From positions 1 to 64,000 of the forward strand of contig MCFE01000238.1 in NCBI GenBank assembly GCA_002104905.1: a stretch of 64,000 nucleotides of DNA, read 5' to 3'. The translations under genes were made by a program, and so were the position numbers. This document shows positions 25,289 through 36,600 of the stretch, one piece after another. Under the pieces are notes generated by a model that saw only the letters and a list, made by a program, of their open reading frames with translations, did not search any database and was not told the DNA's origin. Origin of the DNA: Basidiobolus meristosporus CBS 931.73 (taxonomy: Eukaryota > Fungi > Basidiobolomycota). The stretch's first letter is position 1. The number at the start of each line of letters is the position of its first letter.

Positions 25289-26751
25289 CTGACATTTCTT
25301 TTCCACTTGTTTTGAGCTCTCAACCATAGTTGTGACAGGCTCCTGTAAAAGCAACTGTTTTTTTTCACTGCCAGGTCCTTCACTGCTACTTTGACTGGGT
25401 GCTTCTTGAGTGGTACTATGCTTTTTCCCTGATCAATGTTGTGCTGGTGCATCCATGTCTGCCTGCAAGTCCCTGATTGGCACTCCTCCAGCTACCTGGT
25501 GTCTCTTTGACACTTGCCTGGAGCTTTTGGCCCTGCTTGTAACAAGCTCTTGAGGATGCCACTGGTTTTTAGCTATGGCACCCTTGTTCTTCTGCCTTTG
25601 ATAGTTTCTGCTGTTCTTAAGATACTTTCTTAGCATACCAAAGCTGGCCCAATATCTGTTTGCCAATATCTGTTTGCCAGTTTGAATCCAGGATAATGCT
25701 CATGGAACAAGTCAAGTGCATTCTGCTTGGCCATGAGTTCCTGATTGTCCCATAGTATTCAGGCATGGTTGGGTAAACATACCTCCCACAGACAAGTTTA
25801 TTCATATAGCCATTATGATATACTTATCCATATTTTGTCTTACCAGTATTATCCCATTCTTCCTTTGCCCATATTATCAGTATTATCTCCATGTGATGTT
25901 TATACTGATTAGTTATTAGCATTAGTTATCCCAGATGTTGTTAGCTTTGTGATCAGTATATGTATCTACATAAGGCAAGTAACCCCATCAGTAACCATGA
26001 CACATGACCTAGGCTTGTGTTACCATTCCTATCATTTCAATACCATGTATGGTATTTCTATGTTGCACAGGTTTCAGACTACAGATCCCTAATTGGTGGG
26101 ATCTGCTGTGTCTTTTGGAACTTTCCATGACATTCTTGGCATATTTTAAGCTCATAGTGATATCATCAAGAACTCCACTGATTCCTAGAATCTTCTATTA
26201 CCTTGTCATTAATATTTTCTTGGCAATCAGGAAAAGTATTCAAGGGAAAGCAGTCCCTCATCATTAAATCATCCCTTCTATCAGTTACACTTCTCCTTTA
26301 TTGATTAGCAGTTGTTCACTTCACCTGCCTTCAGCAATTAAATCTCAGACCTGCCATCAAGGAGCTTTTTAGGGTAGTGCACAAGACACACAGAGGCCTT
26401 TGGACACACTTGGTGCCCCTAGGAAGCTAGAGAAGCAGGAGCTTCTACCATAGTGACATATTCACAAAGACACCAGCAGCTTAGACCCAGAGGTTATTGT
26501 ACCCATCAGACACCTCACACACCTTGAGTTATGTAGCTTCTCCCAGGAGTACCTCTACACCACCACACCAGCCTTAAGGTGGTGGCGTGCTAGACTTCTG
26601 ACAGCCTCTTGTACAGTAGCCCACTCTTCAGTATTGCACTCAATGGCTTTGTGGATCTTTAATGTCTTTTGATTTTTAGGCTATGGTATAAACACCACAT
26701 TGTCTCCCTCCCATACTGTGATAGGTTTTCTGTGGGCTTTATCTTTGGGCA

Positions 26752-27255
26752 CTATTGTTTTGCTTCAAAGACCATATGGTATACCTCTGCTGTTACATTG
26801 AGAAATGGCTCAATTCTTGGCTGTGACATTGAGCTACTTGAGTTCCTTCTTTGCTGCAAAGATACTGCTTTCTCTACCTGTGATATTGATTGCACTACAC
26901 ATATTTTCCGCTCATCCTGTTTCTGGCCTATCTCTTGATTTCTCTGGGCCATTGCATCTATTCTATCAGCCTTGGCACCTAATTGCTTCATTAATGCTTT
27001 GGTATGAGCTGACATCATATTTGCTAATATGGGTGGTGGTGATGTTATGACAGCCACTTGCTGGTCTTCAACTGAGGGTACTGTGTTTGCTACATTCTCA
27101 TCTGCCTGCACATAACAATTGGCTTGTTGCTCTGCAGAGGTTCTCAATTGCCTTCTTGACTGAGAGCCTGGGGAGTCCACATAATTACCTTCTATGTGTA
27201 TACTGTCCACAGGGCCTTTTTTGGTTGTAGCCCTGCATGTTACACTGAAGGTCAA
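26752..27255 (-). CDS. Hypothetical 167-codon open frame inside the CACTA element (possible part of the second ORF)
   Basis: Open frame, partly coiled-coil-like (KQLGAKADRIDAMAQRNQEI); no recognised domain; CpG-depleted context. Confidence 0.3.
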   Translation of the reverse strand: MTFSVTCRATTKKGPVDSIHIEGNYVDSPGSQSRRQLRTSAEQQANCYVQADENVANTVPSVEDQQVAVITSPPPILANMMSAHTKALMKQLGAKADRIDAMAQRNQEIGQKQDERKICVVQSISQVEKAVSLQQRRNSSSSMSQPRIEPFLNVTAEVYHMVFEAKQ

Positions 27256-27902
27256 AGCAAGCTGTTATCCAACTGTTCTTCTGTTGCTGTCAGCAGTGGG
27301 GTTTGGTTGAGAACTAGGCAACTTTGCTTTATTCTTTGGCAGCATATATATGGAAGTGAGTCAAACCAAAGGAGAAATGATATTACATATACATGTGTAT
27401 GTGGTGCCACAACTTTTCTTATAATGCTTACTATGGCAGGTCATCATTGAATCTTACATTCATGTAGGTGCAATGTCTCAAATCCAAGACTGCCTTAAGT
27501 TTAAGTTAGTATTGACCAAAAAGTGATATAGTAGCATTATGTTGTTGAAGGTCAAACAGTTGGCCCCATGAAAAAGACTTCTGTGATTCAACATGGTAAG
27601 TGAAGAGAAAAAAGGCCATGTGGCTATTGTAGCAAGCCTCTCAGCTATCAAGCATGCAGACAGCACAGGAAGTATTAGGAGGATCACAGCCAGTGTTTTG
27701 CCACCCAAGTCATATTTGACCATTCATTGGTCACCACTGTACCAACATTATCTTGTCAGCCAGTTGATCCCCCTATATTGGCACCTGGCCATCTTTGTTG
27801 CCTTGTGCAAACTGAGTCAGGTGAGTTTGTGACACCTTTAGGCTCACCTCAGCCTTCTGAATATAGCACACAGAGTGATAGCTCTGCAAAGAAGGCTCAC
27901 TG

Positions 27903-29981
27903 ATGGATTTTGAGCCTATCTCCCCTAACAACAGTACCATGTATGTGCCCTGTCAAATCCCTATATGCAATAAGACAACACCTGTTCAACCAAATGCCCA
28001 GGAAACATTGTGGAGCCAAGTGAGCACAGTAATCCATCTACTGGCAAATGATGTAATGTTGCAGCTAGAGAAGTGGTGCGTTTCCACTAATATCAGTAAT
28101 GGGGGCTTTGAGGATTTATTACTACTTCTTGCCAAAATCATACCAGGATGCAACTTACCATGTACATGGTACAAGTGGACAACCATCATGTGGCTGGCAA
28201 CATATTATCCAGAGACTGTCCTGATTCCAGCATGTGTTAACAGTTGCATGGCAGTCACATCTGAAAATGCTACCATTGCAACATGTTCAAATTGTCAGGA
28301 ATCCACCACCATTGAGGGAATACATTGTTCACACTCCAAATATATTCCAGTCATACCCCATCTGAGGAAGCGGATGCAGTCCAACAAATATTGCAAAGCT
28401 ATACAGTAATTCACTCAGTTTCAATCAAGTGCAAACATATCCAATATATTTGATGGTAAATATTTCAAATGGCTAAGAAGTAAGGGCTACTTTGAAGCTA
28501 TGTATGACCATGCCTTTGCCTTACCAGTTGATGGATTTTCCTTAAACAAGTACTCTACCAGCAAATCCTGCTGGCCACTGATTCTCATCAATCTGAATCT
28601 GCCATCCATCTTATGGTATCAGAGCAATAATATGATGGTAGTCTCACTGGTATCTGACCCTAAATCACCATCCAACCTGGATAGCTACCTGTATCCATGC
28701 TTGATGAATTATATATGCTTTCCAACAGGATAACAGTAAGTGGCTGTCATGTAAAAGTTCATATTATCATCTGCATTGGAGATACCCCAGCCATCAGCAA
28801 GAAAGCATGTTTTTCCAGCCACAATGGATGGTATTGCTGTCAAATGTGTGAGATCCGGGGATTTACTCCATAACTCATACACATTATTATGCCCAAACAC
28901 CAGCACTAAGAGCATCATCTTTCCACAGAGAGAATATACAGAAGTAAGCATGCAATTGCAGCAAAGTTGGCAAGCTATGAGCCATTGGCCAGAATATGGA
29001 ATTGATCAAAAGCTGGAGATACTTAAGATAGAGGGTATCTGTTGGAGCATAAGCTTTGCACTGGGAGCAATGTATTTGCTTTTCAACAATATCCCTATAC
29101 TGTTGATCAAGTTGTACATGGGGCATTTCAGGCTAAATGAGCCCTTTGAGATACCGGAGAAATTTGAAAGAATTGGCAAGATAATACAGAGTATCTGCTA
29201 CCCCAAGTACTTCTCACACACTACAAGTAATACTCATCTGCATATGTGACAATACAAATGCAAAGACTGCATGAACTGGATGTGTATTTATTCAAGTGGT
29301 GTTCTGAAGCCATTTCTACCAAAAGTACATTGGAAGCATTGGGAGTCATATGTGGACATTGTAAGAATATATATCCAGAAGCGGATCACAAATGCCAACT
29401 TGACCCATCTACAGCTGTTGTGTGAGGAGTTTGCAATGGGATTTGAGCAGCTATACTACAAACATAATGCTGAGCATGTAGATCTCTGCCGCTACTTTAT
29501 CCATTCCCTACTCCATCTTGCATGGAGTGCGGAGATTATTGGGCCTTGCTTCACCTTTTGGGAGTTTCCCAAGGAGAGGATGTGTGGGGAGATATGAAGA
29601 CAGGTCAAGTTGCAGGTACTACCATATCCCAATCTCATCAAGAATAATACCTTCAAGTCCATCATAGATGTGATGAGTTGGCACATGGAGGACAGCCAGC
29701 AAGAGTTGGAAAATATGGAGGACAAATGTGCACATGGAGACACCTATGCCTATGGCATTAGAAGCTAAGCAGCCCCAATGCGTGGGTAATCAGTTAAGTA
29801 ATGCAAAGTTTGGTTGGGTGCAAGAAGTAACTAACTTTTTTCAAGAGAACTCCACCATGATATGCTGGATTTCTCATGGTCACAAGCCAACTTCTACTCC
29901 ATTCAATACAGAATTCACACAAACAAAAGCCAGAGCACACCTAGAGGGGGACTAGAATCCAGCAGGGAGAAGGAATATATT
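27903..29981 (+). pseudogene. CACTA/En-Spm Tnp2-family (Transposase_21/DUF4218-like) transposase remnant, copy X; continues at 33397-33620
   Basis: CVNSCMA..C..C cysteine region; DGF...SCWPLILINLNLP...DPKSPSNLDSYLYP; GDTPAISKK..HNG..CCQMC (alternative frame); FIHSLLHLA..IGP..FWEFPKERMCG; several frameshifts and stops. Confidence 0.9.
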
Positions 29982-30883
29982 ACACTTGTTCCATTGTACT
30001 GTGCCAGGGCATGCGGCGCAATCCGCGGTTGTAAAGCATAATCAGGCGTGATATTAAAGCTACCAGAAGGCAGGATTGTTCTTGGACAATTTTGCACTAT
30101 GTGGGACAATCTTGCACACTATGGCACAATCTGACACAATGAGGTTGGCACAGATGATTGCGCCAACTTGTAATGTTTGCATCATGTGCGCAATTGGATA
30201 CCGCTATTATGGCAGGTAAAATCCGGTATTTGGATATGTTTCTTTAATGTAAATGGAAATAAATGTGTATTACACTATAAACTACACTGATACTTACCAT
30301 TTTGGTTACCATTGTTCCAATTGGACGGTATCTCAGTGGTTAATTGGTCCAAAGTATCCTGAAGCCGGCAGCTCTCAATTGGCTCATTGACTACTAAGCA
30401 AGCTACCTTATTTGCCATCAAATATCCCATTTTGCCCATTGAGCAAGTAAATCCTTGATCCTAGTGATTGGACAAGGTGTCATAGCTAGCACGCAAGCAA
30501 TTGGGTAGGTGCAAAACAGATCCAATAGCTGCACTGGTATTACAGATGATGTTTATATATGCCTGGTGTTTAGTCATAGGGGTTTTGTCTGCAATATGAG
30601 ACAACCTTGATATTACTTATATCAAAAATTTGATGATCACCAATTTGCAATGGCTCAATTCAGATTGCAAAAAAATGGGTTGTTGGGATCATTACAAATA
30701 ATAGCAATTCAAAGCAATTGCATCATCTTCTCCTGGGTTTTTTCTCACAGGGATTACTACTGAAGCATTTGGTAGTGACTCACTTTGCATACCTATACTA
30801 CTTTGTGGCTGACTATCATCTTGGCTACTTGTGTATTTGTAGTTAGTATTTTGCTTCCTAGTTGATGAGTGCAATGCTGCAGC

Positions 30884-31969
30884 TTAGCCGCGCTGAATTG
30901 CTCCTACTGAACTAACTGAACCAGCCTGGAGTGCCACATGCTGACGCGTTCTTTTACTTGCCAAGGGCTCTGGTGGTTGAGGCACTTCATGTTGGTCATC
31001 ATCAGTCAGTTCACCAGAAGTAACTTGCTGATGGTCAGGCAAAACAGCACGTGCAGGCACACCTTGACGCGTTGAGATGGCCCTTGGCTGAGTTTGGTGT
31101 GATGCTGCATGTTGACGCAGCTCAGTCCGCTCCAATGAACTTGTGTCTAAATGAGCAGTTTGGCAAGTTCTGGTAGTTTTGCTCTGAAGCCCGCGCATTG
31201 ACCCAATGCATGTTGACTTGACGTGGGGCGCTCTGGTAAAGGGTGTTGGCGTAGTCTGGACTGACATGCGCCAGCACGCTGTGGTTGCAAGAGATGGTAA
31301 GGAATCCAGCAAGGCGTGCTGGTGCAATCTGGACAATGTTGCTTGCGGTGTGTATTCTTCCTCCTGAAGCTCACCATCTGATTCATCAAGGTATTCACTT
31401 ACCCTCTGTCTGAGACTTTGGAGCTGTTGCCTGGATGAGTCCTGTGTATATTGCTCTTGGAAGCCACTTAGCACTACTAATATATCATGCAGTACATTAG
31501 TCATTTGAGGCAAAAACTCATTCAAAATCTCTTTGGTTCCCAAAGTTGAGGCACAAACGGACGCAACCGGCCCATACTGTGCAAAATGCGTGCAAAATTG
31601 TTTCTGCGCAGCTTCTTCATCAAATCCCCTCACTCTCAGCTCATTTTTTACTTCAATACTTGTCTTGTTATATATCTTCTTACATACATCAGCTGGCATC
31701 TTGATGTAGAAGTCATGCCACAGATTTCTACTCAAATTCTTCCATCTTTGTTGACTCTCCAAGGTATCTAGTTCTGCTAGATTAATCAGTAGTGCCCAAA
31801 TATCTGTATGAAGGCTCATCATAGACATTTGGGCCATACTAAAATCATTTGGCAAGAACTCAAATGGATCCAACATTGACTTTTCTGGTCTGGACCGTGC
31901 TTGTGAGCTGGGGGATGGGTTTTGTCTGGGTTGTGCTAAAGATGAGTTGAGACTTGGCATGGGGACCAT
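30884..31969 (-). CDS. 361-aa orphan protein (ORF2 of the PHIS element)
   Basis: ATG-to-TAA open frame. Homologous, broken frames occur in copy 2 (21239-21745; stop at the same position near 19985). Helical N-half, low-complexity C-half; no recognised domain. Confidence 0.75.
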   Translation of the reverse strand: MVPMPSLNSSLAQPRQNPSPSSQARSRPEKSMLDPFEFLPNDFSMAQMSMMSLHTDIWALLINLAELDTLESQQRWKNLSRNLWHDFYIKMPADVCKKIYNKTSIEVKNELRVRGFDEEAAQKQFCTHFAQYGPVASVCASTLGTKEILNEFLPQMTNVLHDILVVLSGFQEQYTQDSSRQQLQSLRQRVSEYLDESDGELQEEEYTPQATLSRLHQHALLDSLPSLATTACWRMSVQTTPTPFTRAPHVKSTCIGSMRGLQSKTTRTCQTAHLDTSSLERTELRQHAASHQTQPRAISTRQGVPARAVLPDHQQVTSGELTDDDQHEVPQPPEPLASKRTRQHVALQAGSVSSVGAIQRG

Positions 31970-32327
31970 AGCAACGGCTTTGGATACTTATACAGCAGTA
32001 TATTGGCATTAACCTGGTCTTATATGAAATATATATGAAAACTAATGTGATTGTTGAATTTTCCATATATTGTGCATGATGCATCTTCGATTGCGTTGAC
32101 ATGGATCAGATCACATCAATTGCAGATTTCCTATTTGATTATAGACCTTTGAGTAAAGCATCAATAAAAGTACCAAGGCATTGTTTGTGGATGATTTTGC
32201 AACATAATGATGGGATACATGGTAATTGATGGAGATTTAATCATAATGCATTAAAAATCTAATAAACAACGCGGATTGCACCAAATTGATTCAAACCACC
32301 TCCATACAATCATCCACCAATTTTAAT

Positions 32328-33181
32328 ATGAATTACTCATCTGAATGGTCTTTTCTCATCAATCCCATCACTGCCACTGGATTTCCTTTTGACACACTAG
32401 AGGAGATCTATTCCAAGTACTGTGGACCATCAACCCCAATCTACTCAAGGAGATCCCTTGTTAAGCTGCTCTGCTATTACAAGAACTACTGCCCCACAGG
32501 GTTTCATCCCACCATCCATGGCAAGAAAAGTCTTAGAAGCTTTCATTCCCAGCTGACAGCAATGGAGAACCACCTTGCAGAGTGTATGAATGACTTGGAG
32601 CAAGCTTGGAATACTAGGTTCAGAAGCTCAATAGACTTCCATATCCCAGAGTGTTCAGCAACAGGTTCCATATAAGGAGTATTTTGGATACCTTCCCAGT
32701 GAGGATTAACAGACCTTCTAGAGGGCAGAGGCTCTTTTATTCTGACAAGTACAAGGCACACTGTGTGAAGTTTCAAGCACTGTCTGACATTGAGGGTAAC
32801 ATCATCTGGTTTAGTGGGCCATTTGCTGGAAGTAGGCATGACAAAGCACTCTGGGTAGAGAATCATCCTGAATTCAGTAGAAGGGAGAAATGTATGGCAG
32901 ACGTAGCCTATATATGAGAGGATTGTCACAGATTAGGATGTATTACAGCTTATAGGAAACCAAGGAATGGTGTGCTTAGCAGGAAGCAGAAGCTCTTCAA
33001 TGAGATATTTAATCATTTCAGAGTGAGGGTAGAGCACACATTTGTATATCTGAAGAGATTCAGCATACTGGCAGGTAAATACAGAGGAAAGTCCTATATA
33101 GGAGAAAACAGCAGAACAGGTAAAATAGTTAAGATACTTATTAATGCACAGTATGCTTATACAAGAAGATATCCACTGTGA
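32328..33181 (+). pseudogene. DDE_Tnp_4 (IS5/PIF-Harbinger/ISL2EU-type) transposase, disrupted
   Basis: Motifs ILDTFP, YSDKYKAHCVKFQ, GPFAGSRHD, ADVAY and RVRVEHTFVYLKRFSIL; one frameshift near 32650-32675 and an in-frame TGA at 32915-32917. Confidence 0.9.
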
Positions 33182-33689
33182 GAAATGTGTCTGGAGCATT
33201 ATGAAGAATAATAAAGCAAGTAAAGCACTATTCTGAGCAACATAAATAAGATTGAGTAAAATTACCAGTAACTGTATCATACCACTGGCATCATGGTAGA
33301 AATTATAGTGCCAGATGGTGCCGTAGAGTGCTGGATCAATCCGGCACTATAAACAGGCTGGCACTATGTGGCACTATCCAACAGAACAAGTCTATTGGCT
33401 AAATACCAAGAAGTTTTTTGTGGATATACAGGAGGTATTCATGGCAGAAGTGGCAACAACCAAGTATATGTTTGCAAGCTGTATATGTTACCAGCAGTAC
33501 AAGTTATATGGCAACTTTGCAAGTATCACACTAAAAAGCTGTAAAGTTGAGGTGATAGAAGTATGTCAATTGTGCAGGTGTGCAGATTTGTAGAGGTTAG
33601 CAACCAGGAGGCCATAGTTTTTTTGGATTTGAGCCATATGTGGAATACCCAAGGTAAGAGTAGATAAGCAAATAAAGGACAGTGATTCT

Positions 33690-36600
33690 ATTATTGGCAC
33701 AAGATGATCATATTTAGCTGATTTCCGGATTAAAAACCAATCCCCCAGCTAACTTGGAGCACTGTGAAGCCTGCATATATGGGAAACAAGCCAGACAACT
33801 CTTCAAGAGCTCTGGTTTAATCAAACCTCAGATAAAATCAGATCTAATTAACTCAAATCTGTGTTAACCTATGCAAAAATTATTCCAAGGTGGGATGAAG
33901 TATCTAATCACTTTTGCTGATGACTATACAAGATATATTTAGGTCTACTTTATGGAGAGAAAGGAAGAAGCTCTGTCTAAGTTCAGGGAGTGTAACTCCA
34001 TGGTGGAGACAGAAACTGGCAAAAAAATCAAGAAAATACGCTCTGATAATGGTGGAGAATAGACCTCAAAACTTGTCATCCACTTCTGCAAAATGCATGG
34101 GATAAAGCAAGTGACTACTGTACCATGCTCCCCACAGCAAAATGGAGTAGTAGAATGTGCTAACAAAGCAATAATTGATATGGCAAGATCTATGAATCAT
34201 GATCAAAAATTATCCTATGATTTTTGGGTGGAATCCGTTGCTACAGCTGTTTACCTTAAAAATAGAGGTTACAGCAGAATACTTTGTGATTCTACTTCAT
34301 TTCAAGCATGGTATGATTACAGACCAGGTGCAGAGCACCTAAGAATACTTTGGATTGCAGCATATGCCAACAAACTGCCTGGATATAAGTCAAAATTTGA
34401 GCCAAACATTGTAAAATGGATATTCTTGGGCTACTGCAATGAGAGTAAAGCATACAGACTCTAAAATACCAAAGCAAAGAAGCTAATCAAGTCCAGGGAT
34501 GTCCTGTTTGATGAAAATATAAAATATTCACAAAAAATTACATCGGTTGATGATAAAAATCTGATCTTAAGTCCACCATTTGTTAGGATTAAATCAGAGC
34601 AAAACACTGATAGTTTTTTACCCCAGAGGACTCTACAACCATGGCTCAGCCTGATGCAGTGCTCAGGAAAATCCCAGAAGTGAGCATTCCAGTATCAAAT
34701 GCCTTTAGATTCAATTGGACAAGAAATAGCCCAAATACAATATCAATGAGGGTACAAACTTAGCCTATGCCTATTCAGTCCATATTGATGAGCCCCAGAG
34801 TGTAAAAGAGGCCATAAATATCCCTCAGACAAAGATTTGGAGATCTGCAATGACTGAGGAATATTTGGCCTTGATGGAAAATCAAACTTGGGTCTTAGTC
34901 AAATTACCAATCAACCAAAGATCTATTTGGAAGGCAATGGGTTTGTAAGACAAATACAAGGCAGAAAATACAACCAAAAGATACAAAGCAAGAGTTGTGG
35001 CCAATGGATACTGTTGTGCATCAACATTTAAAATTAGCCAATTTTACTCCGTTTGAAAATCTAGCACCCTAACTGATTTTCCCTAACCCAAACATAACAA
35101 ATCCCAGTTACAGCTTATTTTATCCCACCTCAGAATCTATTTTTAGCTATCACACCTGATCTATTTTCAAATGGTCATTATGTTATCAATCTATCTGCCA
35201 AGCCTTCCCAGGTGATTAGTCATCTGAGATCTATCCAACCGCTGTGCAGTTGCCAAGACATCAGTTGATTGATGATGTAATTTTCATTTATCTTATGCAC
35301 CTATGAACACCCAAATTGATTTCAATCAATCCAGTCCCTTGGCACTTACTAATTCAACTTGATCAGAAAAGGATAAATAAAGTTTACTGAACCTTTTGGT
35401 TTAGTGTGTGTCTCAACAAAATTAAGATTCTGTCTCAGCAAAAATAAGAATCCAACAATTCAGTTCTAGTTTCTATCCAAGCCTAGTATATCTAGCTCTC
35501 CAAAGAACACCAAGCCTAGCCTGCCTAGCAAACAAATATCATTGTCTTTATAGCCAACCCAGCTATATCCAAGACCAATATTAGATCAGAATCTTTCTGC
35601 TAATATTTCCGCTACTCTCTGACAATTCTAAGATTCTGCACTTAATTGACCCTTTGGTTCAGTTAAACCATTCAAGAGTTTTATTACACTTTCTCTTGGA
35701 TACAACAGATACTCTCAAACAAAAGGACTTGACAATACCAAAACCTTTGCACCTGCAGCCAAGTTTAAATCCATCAGATCAACATTGGCTATTGCTGCCA
35801 AATACATTTTTTTATACATTGAATGGATGTAAAAACGGCATTTTTGAGTGAAGAACTAGGTGGGGACATTTATATGAACCAGCCTGATGGTTTGTTGACC
35901 AATATATCCCTCATTTGGTCTGCAAGCTTAAAAAAGCTCTATATGGTCTCAAACAATCACTAAGAGCCTGGAATAGTAAGATGGATTCTTATTTGGAATC
36001 TTTGAATTTCAAATGGAGTAATACTGACTATATTATATACTATAAGCCAGATAGGGCAAGTCCAGTTCTATTGGCTCTATATGTAGATGATATTTTTATA
36101 GCCACTAATAACCTAGCAACATTAGAAGAGACTAAATCCAGCCTATCTAAAAAGCTCAAGATTTCCATTCTAGGAGAACCAATTTACTACTTGGGATAAA
36201 GCTCTTCATAGATAGAAGTACCCTGACAATCACTCTAAGGTACTCCAAGTATATTAAAGATATACTAAAGAAGTATCAAATGGAAAACTGTAAACCAGCA
36301 TCTACCACAATGAAGACAAACCTTGACTTGATCAAAACTCAACCAAATTAATAGTGCTTGGTGCCATCTGAAGGCCCTGACTTTCCTTATCAATCTATGA
36401 CTGGCAGTCAGATGTATATCATTCTTGGAAAATGTCCAGATATCTCATATTCAGTGAGAGTTGTCAGCCAGCATAATCCAAACTATGGATCTGATCATAT
36501 TGCAGCAGTTAAGTGGATTTTTGGATATCTGTAAGGAGCTGCTGATCTCTACTTGAGATACACTTATAAGGATTCAGAACAGGATCTTGTGAGATACTCT

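Larger units (their letters stand above)
29982..33393 (+). mobile_element. PIF/Harbinger-superfamily (PHIS, Pangu-like) two-ORF DNA transposon, 3412 bp
   Basis: TIRs acacttgttccattgtactgtgcca / agacttgttctgttggatagtgcca (19 of 25 match); 3-bp direct repeat ATT at 29979-29981 and 33394-33396; empty site in CACTA copy Z (reverse complement near 345-375: gagaagcaatatgttggctacatacc); divergent ORF2 and DDE transposase. Confidence 0.88.

Noticed and set aside
25649-25679. 14-bp tandem duplication ccaatatctgtttg
   Set aside because: Simple local slippage inside a dead element; no wider pattern.
29985-30690. Reading this segment as the C-terminus of the CACTA transposase
   Set aside because: The empty site in copy Z shows the CACTA sequence continues at 33397 instead; the segment belongs to the inserted PHIS element.
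33290-33380. Short repeated TGGCACTA/TAGTGCCA motifs as a CRISPR-like array
   Set aside because: Repeats are about 8 bp, in mixed orientation and irregularly spaced next to a TIR; they are transposon subterminal repeats, and the context is eukaryotic.
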